IMG/VR virus record: IMGVR_UViG_3300035182_000512
Coordinates: 1-37,178 of that record
Length of the DNA stretch: 37,178 nucleotides
Source of the DNA: a virus
Lineage: Duplodnaviria; Caudoviricetes
Reading direction: 5' to 3' (one strand)
This document shows, in pieces, positions 27,133 through 34,501 of the stretch. The notes under the pieces were generated by a model. The model did not search any database, was not told the DNA's origin, and was given only the letters and a program-made list of their open reading frames with translations. The stretch's first letter is position 1. The number at the start of each line of letters is the position of its first letter. The translations under genes and the position numbers were made by a program.

Positions 27133-28287
27133 TTTTTTGCCGAACATTTCAACCGCTTTTCCGCCAGCGTTCGGTGTCGCTTCCGGTATCCAGCGACCGT
27201 AAATCCTGAAAATCATCGCGGTATCCGAGTGCCCCATCTGCTGGGCAAGCCAGATCGGTGATTCTCCGGCGGTCAGCATCATGCTGGCGTAGGTGTGGCG
27301 TGTCTGGTACTGCCTGCGGTAGAGCACGCCGGATTTTCTCAGCGCTGGAACCCAGGCGCTGTGCCGGATTGGCTGGTCGCCTGTCCATGGCTGGCCTGTT
27401 CGCGGATTGAGAAATACGGCGCCGCCGGCCAGGAAGCTGTGGGCTTTTTGCGCGATTAGCGCGTCCATGGCCGGGGCAAGTATTTTTACGTCACGGGTGC
27501 CTTTTCTGGTTTTCGTTCCTTCCGACTCGTCTGCGGCTTGCGTCTTTGCGCGGCTGACCCTGACAATTCCGCGAATCCAGTCTATGTCGCTCCATTCCAG
27601 AGCCGCCAGCTCAGAGGTTCGCAATCCCGACCAGAAGGCGAACTGGAACAGGTTGCGGTGCTGCGGATCGCGGCAGGCGTCTAGGATCAGTTCCTGTTCT
27701 TCCTTGGTGAATGGGTCAACATCATCTGCTGGCTTGGGCGCTTCCTTGCGGGCGAATTTCCAGCCGTAAAGCGGATTGGTTTCGATCAGTTCGTCTTCAA
27801 GCGCGTCCTGCAATGCGGTGCGTAGCACGCTCTGCACGTTTGCCAGGCGCTTGTTGCCTGCGTTCTGGACTTCGCACCAGGCGCGGATGTCTGCGCGCTT
27901 TAGATCGGACAGGTAGATTCTTCCCAGCGCCGGGATGAGTGTGTTGGTGACGATTTTTCGATAGTCGTCCCAGGTGCTGCTCTTGAGGTGCTGGCGCTGG
28001 CGTTCGAGCCATGTTTCCAGCCATGTTTCCAGCGCGTAGCCTGCGCCTTTGCGTTCAGCGAAGAGGAAGCGTCTGGGAGATTCAGGGAATGTGACGGCAT
28101 AATCGAATGTTCCGCGCTCGATGGCGTGCAGGATGGCGGCGCGGTGCTGCTCGGCGCGTTTCAGATTCGCAGGGGTGGGGGCGAGCTTGAGGCGCTCGCG
28201 GCAGCGGATGCCTTTGAGTTCGAAGTCGATCTGGATGCTGCTTTTCGAGACGGCGCGCACGCCAGTCCGTTGCCGTTTTCCACCCAC
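27103..28287 (-). CDS. int: Tyrosine integrase with an N-terminal arm-binding domain
   Basis: SSIQIDF...RCRERL N-terminus, SGLRTSE (R), YQTRHTYAS, QMGH and RIYGRW (Y). Likely GTG start at 28287. Confidence 0.95.
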   Translation of the reverse strand: MGGKRQRTGVRAVSKSSIQIDFELKGIRCRERLKLAPTPANLKRAEQHRAAILHAIERGTFDYAVTFPESPRRFLFAERKGAGYALETWLETWLERQRQHLKSSTWDDYRKIVTNTLIPALGRIYLSDLKRADIRAWCEVQNAGNKRLANVQSVLRTALQDALEDELIETNPLYGWKFARKEAPKPADDVDPFTKEEQELILDACRDPQHRNLFQFAFWSGLRTSELAALEWSDIDWIRGIVRVSRAKTQAADESEGTKTRKGTRDVKILAPAMDALIAQKAHSFLAGGAVFLNPRTGQPWTGDQPIRHSAWVPALRKSGVLYRRQYQTRHTYASMMLTAGESPIWLAQQMGHSDTAMIFRIYGRWIPEATPNAGGKAVEMFGKKAAEKLPNVG

Positions 28288-28445
28288 TGGTGATAGCCCT
28301 CGATGTCGATCAACACATGCCCATCCGGCGCCCTGCGCCAGACACGGCCTTCCATCCACACGCCGTCGCGTATTTTGCCGCGAATGGCGTGCTCAGTATA
28401 GCCACTCTCAGCGGCAAACTGAATGATGGTTTTATAGCGCAGCAT
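28161..28445 (-). CDS. xis: Excisionase
   Basis: YKTIIQFAAESGYTEHAIRGKIRDGVW.EG.VW.RAPDG..LIDIEGY..WV; overlaps the int start. Confidence 0.88.
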   Translation of the reverse strand: MLRYKTIIQFAAESGYTEHAIRGKIRDGVWMEGRVWRRAPDGHVLIDIEGYHQWVENGNGLACAPSRKAASRSTSNSKASAAASASSSPPPLRI

Positions 28446-28695
28446 CAGCCGGTCCGTACTGGTGAGTTTTCACAACAGCCCATCTTTCACAGGATTCATG
28501 CTTATTCAACCTACTCATCTGGGAACCCTGTTTCTTCAATAGTTGCGTGAGTTAGCGGGCGCATCCAGCCAGTCAATGCTTCGGAGTTTTTCGCAATCAG
28601 ATCGTCCTGGTTCGCCAGGTAGTAGTCAGCGAGTTTTCGCGCCAGATCCTCATCATCCATATCGAAAACATCTGCTATTCCGTGGCGCACCTAGC

Positions 28696-29022
28696 TCACG
28701 GGCCATCCGGTAACGGCATCCAGTGAGTAGGTGCAGTTTCCAACGAACAATACAAAATGTTGCAGCCAATCCAACCATATCGTCGGGTGTGGATGGCACG
28801 CAGAATTTCTGCGCCACATGCTACCAGCACAGGCTTTCCGCTTTCAGGCAATCTGTCGGTTACTGGTGTCCAGGCGCGAAGCATACGTAGCCTATTTATT
28901 TCGTCCATTGCCTCGTCGGGTGTCACTCGCCGACCGTCGGCGTGCCGAATTGCCCAGCACGGTAATGATCTGTCGTTTGCTTCTGGATGTTCGTTACAAT
29001 TTGCTAAGTGCATCATTATCAT
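28696..29022 (-). CDS. DUF551-like phage protein
   Basis: WTPVTDRLPESGKPVLV...PTHWMPLP. Confidence 0.82.
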   Translation of the reverse strand: MIMMHLANCNEHPEANDRSLPCWAIRHADGRRVTPDEAMDEINRLRMLRAWTPVTDRLPESGKPVLVACGAEILRAIHTRRYGWIGCNILYCSLETAPTHWMPLPDGP

Positions 29023-29294
29023 TCGTCCCACATATCGAGGTCTCTGCACACTGCGTCCATGCCCGGCCTCGCCCTGTAAACGCAAATTTCGCCTTCGTGT
29101 ATTCCTATAACTTTCCTGTATTCCTGTCCGGGCAGAATTTGCCACTTGTTAACTTCTGCTGCCTCAACAATCAGCCGCTGGTCGCTTGTCTCACATTCGT
29201 TAACGGTGTATCCGGCACGAAGCCACTGTTCGCACGCATCGCATCGGTAATGCTTTTTCGCCGTCACAATTTTGTCGGTAAAAATACGTTCCAT
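29019..29294 (-). CDS. Hypothetical Cys-containing phage protein
   Basis: AKKHYRCDAC...ILPGQEY; stop coupled to the next ATG. Confidence 0.75.
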   Translation of the reverse strand: MERIFTDKIVTAKKHYRCDACEQWLRAGYTVNECETSDQRLIVEAAEVNKWQILPGQEYRKVIGIHEGEICVYRARPGMDAVCRDLDMWDE

Positions 29295-29313
29295 TTCAAT
29301 CTCAGTGTTAGTC

Positions 29314-29503
29314 AAAAGACATGAGTGAGAGGGCGATTGCCGGCTTTTGCTCGGTCTTCCGGTTGGCTTACGTTCCTGCAGCATGGACTGCGCGTGCGCT
29401 GCTGACTACCAGTGATCTTGCGGTGCCACCCGCATCACTCGTCTGCTTTGCCTGTGCGTGGCCGTGGTGCCCAATTACAATCACCCTCTCACTCATGTCT
29501 TTT
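29314..29503. repeat. 26-bp inverted repeat (25/26 match) bracketing about 140 bp
   Basis: AAAAGACATGAGTGAGAGGGCGATTG (29314-29339) versus the reverse complement of 29478-29503, AAAAGACATGAGTGAGAGGGTGATTG. Confidence 0.92.
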
Positions 29504-29607
29504 TCTCTTCAATAAACGATTCCAACTCACCCTGTTTTGTTAAACCAGCGAAACAACAGTGGACCACGCACCTATCGTCTCAATCCGCATCACGTCTCCA
29601 ATTTGCC

Positions 29608-29670
29608 ATCTAACCCGGCGGTAAAGATGGATCGCCCAAAGTCGGGCGACACCTTACCTCTACGTTATAC
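29608..29670 (+). mobile_element. Integron attC-like recombination site
   Basis: R'' ATCTAAC, 5-bp spacer, L'' GGTAAAG, central hairpin TCGCCC-AAAGTC-GGGCGA, L' CCTTACC, 5-bp spacer, R' GTTATAC; 63 bp in total. Confidence 0.75.
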
Positions 29671-29930
29671 GGCGCTTCATCCGTTTCAATCGTATAGATT
29701 GCGTACTTCTTCGGCCATGTCGCGCCTTCGTCTAGGGACTGCTTTATTGTGGCTTTTATGGCCGCGATCGCTTCCGTTCGGCTACTGAATACTGTAGCCC
29801 TGTCGCGGCGCAGCAGTAGCTCTGGTGACGGTTCGCCATCACGCCCATAGCTCAGGGGCGCGTAGAACTCAGGTCGTTCGTAGTATTGCCCTTGCTTGCG
29901 CAGCTTTGTACTCATCACTATCCATCCCAT
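29610..29930 (-). CDS. Hypothetical protein whose C-terminus runs through the attC site
   Basis: RBS GGAG; ends ...APYNVEVRCRPTLGDPSLPPG, which is encoded by the attC bottom strand. Confidence 0.7.
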   Translation of the reverse strand: MGWIVMSTKLRKQGQYYERPEFYAPLSYGRDGEPSPELLLRRDRATVFSSRTEAIAAIKATIKQSLDEGATWPKKYAIYTIETDEAPYNVEVRCRPTLGDPSLPPG

Positions 29931-29940
29931 TACAATCTCC

Positions 29941-30243
29941 TTAACGCATCCGATGTCTCGTTACAGTCGCGCCCTGAATGTGCGTCACGGTCTTCGTTCC
30001 AGATGTTGTCTCGCTCGATTCTCCCATCTCTCCCATCGCGGGCAGCGCCGTAAAGAAGCCAGATCCCTGGCCGCCAGCGACGCGCATGGCGTCTACTTCG
30101 ACCTTGGCGCTGTTGATGATGGTTTGCGCAACCTCGGAGACGGCGCGCGCACGTTCGATGTCCATCGGATTGTCCTTGTCATTCAGGGACCGCAGCGTGG
30201 CGAAAAGGTGCGCCCGCAGGTTGTTGATGTCGTTTGCGCTCAT
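29941..30243 (-). CDS. Conserved hypothetical phage protein (HNH neighbour)
   Basis: LRAHLFATL..L...MDIERARAVSEVAQTIINSAKVEVD; RBS GGAGG. Confidence 0.82.
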   Translation of the reverse strand: MSANDINNLRAHLFATLRSLNDKDNPMDIERARAVSEVAQTIINSAKVEVDAMRVAGGQGSGFFTALPAMGEMGESSETTSGTKTVTHIQGATVTRHRMR

Positions 30244-30884
30244 GTCCTGGCCTCCTTGGCGAGTCTGTTGATTTTTCGGTTCAGGGCGCCGCGCAGTTGA
30301 ATCGCCAGCGCGACTTCCTTCGGGTAGTTGTGGTAGCTGTTACGGCGCATCAGTTCGCGGCGCGACACCAGTTCAAGGTTTTCAAGCGCGAAATTCCGCT
30401 TGTTTCCGTCCCGGAAGGTAAGCGTGTGTCCGGGCGGAATCTCTCGCCCTGCTTCCTTCCAGATCAGGTGGTGTACCGGAACATAGTCTTTGCGCGTGCA
30501 GCCTGTATCAGAAATTTTCCGTTGCAGGTATCCCTCCTTGCTCAGGCGCTCGTGTCCGATCGGGTGCCAGTTGTGGGGGCGGCTTCCGGGCTTGAATTGA
30601 GTTTCCGCGCTTCGTCCGCCGGCATTGAAGTTCATCCCCTTGTTCCAGGGCACGTATCCCGGCTTGAATTGCGTGGCCTCGCCGATGCGCGCGCCTTTCC
30701 GCAATCGGCAGGCGTCCGGGCTTGCGAGATAGGCCGCGCTTTTTTTCAGGCCGAGCTTTTCCGCCGCCTGGTACACGGCTCTATCCGTGCGGCCAAGCAG
30801 CAGCGCGAGCTTTGAGTTTTTTGTATTGGCGTACATCGCCCGAATCGTCTCCAGTTCGTTTTCTGTCCAGCGCCGTCTCATCAT
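30240..30884 (-). CDS. HNH endonuclease with N-terminal DNA-binding repeats
   Basis: WT..E.E helical N-terminus, TQFKPG twice, VHHLIW...FRDGNKRN..LENLEL. Confidence 0.88.
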   Translation of the reverse strand: MMRRRWTENELETIRAMYANTKNSKLALLLGRTDRAVYQAAEKLGLKKSAAYLASPDACRLRKGARIGEATQFKPGYVPWNKGMNFNAGGRSAETQFKPGSRPHNWHPIGHERLSKEGYLQRKISDTGCTRKDYVPVHHLIWKEAGREIPPGHTLTFRDGNKRNFALENLELVSRRELMRRNSYHNYPKEVALAIQLRGALNRKINRLAKEART

Positions 30885-31366
30885 TCATCCCTTTCCACAT
30901 TATTCAATGTGCCGTCATGGGACGGCTCGGCGTACAGCACGCCAGCCGCGCGCATCTTCTCGTTCACCCGCAACACATAAGCTCTGGCCTGATCCAGCCG
31001 GTGCTGCGGGCTGGTGGTGAAGTAGTTGGCGATGGCCGGCATGGTTGCGCGCAGCGTCATCAGTTCTGGTCCGCTGGCGCCGTATTTACCGGTTCTGCCG
31101 TGGCGGCGACGGATCCCGATATAGGCTTCGAGCGCGGAGTTGACGTTGGTGATCATGACGCTGTTGTGGGTGTCCATGGCGATCTTGTGGCACACGTTGA
31201 GCAGGTAGGCGACGGTGTTGCTGTCGATCTCGTCGAATGTGCCCATGGCGAGCTTGTCGGTAAAGAAATAGCCCATGATCTCGATGTCCACGCGTATTTT
31301 GCTGGGCAGCCAGGACTGCAGTGGGCGCGGGCGGTATTTGCGGCGCGGTTTCTTGGTCGTCGCCAT
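30881..31366 (-). CDS. Hypothetical phage protein
   Basis: MATTKKPRRKYRPRP...RTGKYG; coupled to neighbours. Confidence 0.8.
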   Translation of the reverse strand: MATTKKPRRKYRPRPLQSWLPSKIRVDIEIMGYFFTDKLAMGTFDEIDSNTVAYLLNVCHKIAMDTHNSVMITNVNSALEAYIGIRRRHGRTGKYGASGPELMTLRATMPAIANYFTTSPQHRLDQARAYVLRVNEKMRAAGVLYAEPSHDGTLNNVERDE

Positions 31367-31453
31367 TACGCAGGCCTCCGCCAGTTTTGCATGGCGTCAT
31401 ATACATTGCGCAGTGCCATGTCTGCCGTCATGATGTTTGGGTTGGAGGTTTTT

Positions 31454-31636
31454 TCAGTCGACTCTGACATGTTCCTGTACCTCAGCGTCGACCAAGTGCA
31501 TGCGCGCGATGCTGATGGCGTGCTCGGTGGCTTGGTAATCGGCCATTTCGATGGCGTAGATGGCGTATTCAAGCCATTCGATCGCCATCAGTGCGTGATG
31601 GCGCTCATTGGCGCGTCGTTCGGTGTGTTGGTCCAT
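31454..31636 (-). CDS. Small hypothetical protein
   Basis: 60 aa within a tightly packed leftward operon. Confidence 0.55.
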   Translation of the reverse strand: MDQHTERRANERHHALMAIEWLEYAIYAIEMADYQATEHAISIARMHLVDAEVQEHVRVD

Positions 31637-31639
31637 AGT

Positions 31640-31750
31640 TCAGCCGATATGAATGGTGAAATAGTCGACTACCGCCATCGCGCCGCACAGGATCAGCGTG
31701 AGCGCAATGCCTTCAATCAAGTCGTTCAGCCAGTTTCGTTGCTGGGTCAT
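31640..31750 (-). CDS. 36-aa single-TM peptide
   Basis: MTQQRNWLNDLIEGIALTLILCGAMAVVDYFTIHIG; ATGA-coupled to the upstream gene. Confidence 0.55.
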   Translation of the reverse strand: MTQQRNWLNDLIEGIALTLILCGAMAVVDYFTIHIG

Positions 31751-31932
31751 GCTGAGTTCTCGACGGAACGGCGGGCTTGATTCGTTTCTTCGATGTCGAT
31801 CAGCCCTTTGAACGATTCGACAGGAACCAACCGGGCGCCGCGTCGTCCGATGAGGACCTGCATGCCGGTTGCCTGCTGCAGCGCGGCGGTCTGCGCCGGG
31901 GTGTGCAGGCCGATGACGGGGATGGTGTTCAT
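31747..31932 (-). CDS. Small hypothetical protein
   Basis: RBS AGGAGG; MNTIPVIGLHTPAQ... Confidence 0.7.
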   Translation of the reverse strand: MNTIPVIGLHTPAQTAALQQATGMQVLIGRRGARLVPVESFKGLIDIEETNQARRSVENSA

Positions 31933-32330
31933 GCGGCCTCCTGCTGGGGTTGGTATTGATCGGCGATGGGATACCAATACCCGAGCAGTTCGATATGGGG
32001 TGTCATGCCAAGTATGCGCAGGACGGTCTTTTGCTCTGCAATGGGTCCAGAGATTTCCACCGTGTACGCGAGCTTGGCGGCGTGCAGCGCGTCGATGATG
32101 GCTTCATGGTCGTCGTATGTGTGGATGTACATCGAGACCGATTCAGGATTATCTATTTTATGATGCGTATGGATGACCGGGGTGACATAGAAATTCGTCG
32201 CGCCGTGCTTGCGCAGCGTGTCGGCCAGCGATTCGAGTTCGCATATCGTTGAGGCATGGGCGATGGCGATGGCGCTTTTTTTAATGGCCTCGTCCTCGAT
32301 CTCGGTGAGGATTTTTTGTAGCAAACTCAT
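31929..32330 (-). CDS. Hypothetical protein, first gene of the leftward early operon
   Basis: RBS AGGAGA; MSLLQKILTEIEDE...QQEAA. Confidence 0.75.
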   Translation of the reverse strand: MSLLQKILTEIEDEAIKKSAIAIAHASTICELESLADTLRKHGATNFYVTPVIHTHHKIDNPESVSMYIHTYDDHEAIIDALHAAKLAYTVEISGPIAEQKTVLRILGMTPHIELLGYWYPIADQYQPQQEAA

Positions 32331-32687
32331 GATTTTGTCTCCTGTTAGTGCCGGTGGCCTTGGCTGAAAGGAGTAGACCCAATCCACCGGCTGCCGGGTT
32401 TTTCCCCACTGATCCGGCATTGGGGGGGCGGTGCACGTTGCTCGGTTACTCGGTGCCTGTTACCCTGGCCAGGACGGGATTTTTCGGACACCCGGGTCGG
32501 CTGTTACGGTCAACTGTCAAGGAATCCTTGATGGTTCAGCTACCGGCCCGGCCTACCGGGCGTTTTTTGATGCGTTTGCTGCCCGCCGTGGCCAATGTCG
32601 CCATGCCTGCTTTCTGCCATCCTTGGAGCGCCGGTCGCTGGTCTGATACGGTCGCCGATGGGGCGGTGTTGCTTGATGCGTTGATTA

Positions 32688-32729
32688 AATCTACCGTAAG
32701 CGGTTGTTAGTGTCAACCGTCAACGGTAG
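32688..32729 (-). promoter_or_regulatory. PL-like promoter with two repressor operators
   Basis: TTGACA (32716-32711), 17-bp spacer, TAGATT (32693-32688). Operators CTACCG-N4-CGGTTG (32691-32706) and CAACCG-N4-CGGTAG (32714-32729). Confidence 0.85.
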
Positions 32730-32770
32730 ATTTGTGATAAAAAAATTCCGTGTTCAGATTTCCAGGCAAC

Positions 32771-32797
32771 AAAAAACCCGCCGAGGCGGGTTTTTTT
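32771..32797. terminator. Bidirectional rho-independent terminator downstream of cI
   Basis: AAAAAACCCGCC-GA-GGCGGGTTTTTTT. Confidence 0.9.
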
Positions 32798-32866
32798 CAT
32801 TATGGCGGATTAAGGAATATTCCCTAGTCGAATTTGAAAGAAAGCTGGATTTGCAGGGATAGCACG

Positions 32867-33208
32867 TTATTTTTCGTTGCCGTACTTGGCTTTTGGCTGC
32901 GCAAGGCTGTAGCTGATCGTAGCAATTGTGTCTTTCTGATCGTCACACATTGATTTCATATGCTGCATCACTCTGAGTTCCTGCTGCCCGAGGCCTGGCA
33001 CCAGAAGCTGCCACACTTCAACCTTGAACAGATTGGCCAGTTTTTCAAGCGTGTCAACACCAGTTGAGGTCTCTTGCTGCTTGATTCGCGTCATGGTTCC
33101 GGGGCCGATTCCAGCTTCATGAGCTGTTCTCCATGGATTTTCTTCGCCGTATTTCATGATCATCAGCGTGCGCAGGTTTTCCCACAGTATTTTCTTTGAA
33201 TTAACCAT
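32867..33208 (-). CDS. CI-like HTH repressor without an S24 peptidase domain
   Basis: NLRTLM...AHEAGIGPGTMTRIK...VDTLEKLANLFKVEVWQLL; divergent from cro; 113 aa from ATG 33208. Confidence 0.85.
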   Translation of the reverse strand: MVNSKKILWENLRTLMIMKYGEENPWRTAHEAGIGPGTMTRIKQQETSTGVDTLEKLANLFKVEVWQLLVPGLGQQELRVMQHMKSMCDDQKDTIATISYSLAQPKAKYGNEK

Positions 33209-33215
33209 ATCCGGA

Positions 33216-33274
33216 ATATTAGACGATCCAAAATTCCGGATGTGGTTGACGTAAACATCCGCATACGGTAGATT
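33216..33274. promoter_or_regulatory. PR/PRM-like divergent promoters with operators
   Basis: PR: TTGACG (33246-33251), 17-bp spacer, TAGATT (33269-33274). Operators CATCCG-N4-CGGTAG (33256-33271) and ATTCCG-N4-TGGTTG (33233-33248). Leftward -10 TAATAT at 33221-33216. Confidence 0.82.
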
Positions 33275-33281
33275 ATTAGAC

Positions 33282-33494
33282 ATGGACATTCTCAATTTCA
33301 TCCAAGAAAAGGTTTCTGCCTGCACCTACAAGCAGCTTGAGACGCTGGCCGCTGAAACCGGGGTGCCTTACGGAACACTCATGAAGATCAAGGTTGGCCA
33401 AACGGCCAACCCAAGAATCAAGACTATCCAGCCGCTCTATGACCATTTCAGAAAATCCGACGGCCTGCATGTCGATCACCAGGAGGCAGCGTAA
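33282..33494 (+). CDS. Cro-like HTH protein
   Basis: LAAETGVPYGTLMKIKVGQTANPRIKTIQPL; 70 aa, divergent from cI. Confidence 0.88.
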   Translation: MDILNFIQEKVSACTYKQLETLAAETGVPYGTLMKIKVGQTANPRIKTIQPLYDHFRKSDGLHVDHQEAA

Positions 33495-33562
33495 ATGAAA
33501 AACGCTTCATCTTTTTTTTACCCCTCTTATGGGTATCTTGCCCACGAATTTGGAAGATAAAA

Positions 33563-34174
33563 ATGTCCGATCTGGGACACGTGATTAACCGATCAGACGT
33601 TCTCCTCGGCTGGGTGCGCAGGATGCTGAGAGCATCCGGCGCGAGCGAGAGCGATTTCGCCGGCAGGGTGGCGGATATTTATGTCTGCCGCGTGCCGGAA
33701 TCCGCGCGCACGGTGTCTCTCAAGGTGCCAAGCGCGAGAGCGTCGGTTGACGATTTCTACAAGGTGAAGGCGACGAACGCGAAGCTGGTTTCTCGCTGGA
33801 TCAGGGGCGATGTGCATCTTCCGGCAGATGCCGAGGAGGCGATGGTTTCGGCCATGGATTTGCCGTGGCGGGATGGTTGCGTGTTCGACTTGTGTTCCCG
33901 GCATCACGTGTTGCCGGTTTTGCTGCACGAGGAAACCGATATCGAGCGCCTGGCCGATCTGATGAGCGAGGTGGCCGAGGCGATCCAGGGCATGGCGCCG
34001 ATCCTTGCGGATGGGGTCATCGATCAGGCCGATGCGCCATTCGCGGAGGAGGCGATCCATCGCCTTAAGCGTCTGGCTTCGGCATGCGCGGGCTTGATCA
34101 GCCGTATTTCGTCCGTCACCGGCGTCAAGTCGGCGGCGATTGTCGATATCGGGAGGGATTCCGCTCATGGATGA
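33563..34174 (+). CDS. CII-like phage regulatory protein
   Basis: Position after cro; C-terminal LADLMSEVAEAI...LADGVIDQAD helical bundle. Confidence 0.65.
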   Translation: MSDLGHVINRSDVLLGWVRRMLRASGASESDFAGRVADIYVCRVPESARTVSLKVPSARASVDDFYKVKATNAKLVSRWIRGDVHLPADAEEAMVSAMDLPWRDGCVFDLCSRHHVLPVLLHEETDIERLADLMSEVAEAIQGMAPILADGVIDQADAPFAEEAIHRLKRLASACAGLISRISSVTGVKSAAIVDIGRDSAHG

Positions 34175-34370
34175 GATCGACCGCGCCCAGGAGCGGGAAG
34201 AAAAGGACCGCGCCTGGTGTTTGGCGCAGCGCAAGCCAGTCCTGGCGCCCTGCGGGATATGTCACAACTGCGCCGAGTCGGTCGAAGGTTGCGCCGAGTT
34301 CTGCGACGCCGATTGCCGCGAGGATTATGAGTTGCGCGAATCATCAAGGGCAAGGTCTGGAAGATGGTAG
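34167..34370 (+). CDS. TraR/DksA-like C4 zinc-finger protein
   Basis: MDEIDRAQERE...CHNC...FCDADCREDY; RBS GGAGG. Confidence 0.78.
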   Translation: MDEIDRAQEREEKDRAWCLAQRKPVLAPCGICHNCAESVEGCAEFCDADCREDYELRESSRARSGRW

Positions 34371-34501
34371 CCGCGTCCCCCACGTTCATTTTCAGCAAGG
34401 CCCGCGCCCTGGCTCGACGCATGCCCGTCGAGCAGGACAAGAAGCAGGCCGCGCATACCGTGTGCCAGCGCCTGGTTGCGTTATTGAGGCTGGCCAGATG
34501 A
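34364..34501 (+). CDS. Small hypothetical protein (45 aa)
   Basis: MVAASPTFIFSKARALARR...; bridges the gap, and its stop overlaps the primase ATG. Confidence 0.5.
   Translation: MVAASPTFIFSKARALARRMPVEQDKKQAAHTVCQRLVALLRLAR

Noticed and set aside
28288-28359. ORF-track start of the integrase at 28359
   Set aside because: It lies deep inside xis. The family-typical N-terminus begins at GTG 28287.
28540-28560. Further attC half site (GTTAGCG at 28551)
   Set aside because: It has an R'-like heptamer only, without the upstream YTA at the expected spacing. Too weak to call.
34084-34497. N-terminal extension of the primase given in the ORF track
   Set aside because: It overlaps the CII-like, zinc-finger and 45-aa genes. 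The PriCT-2-like domain begins at ATG 34498, which has an upstream GAGG.
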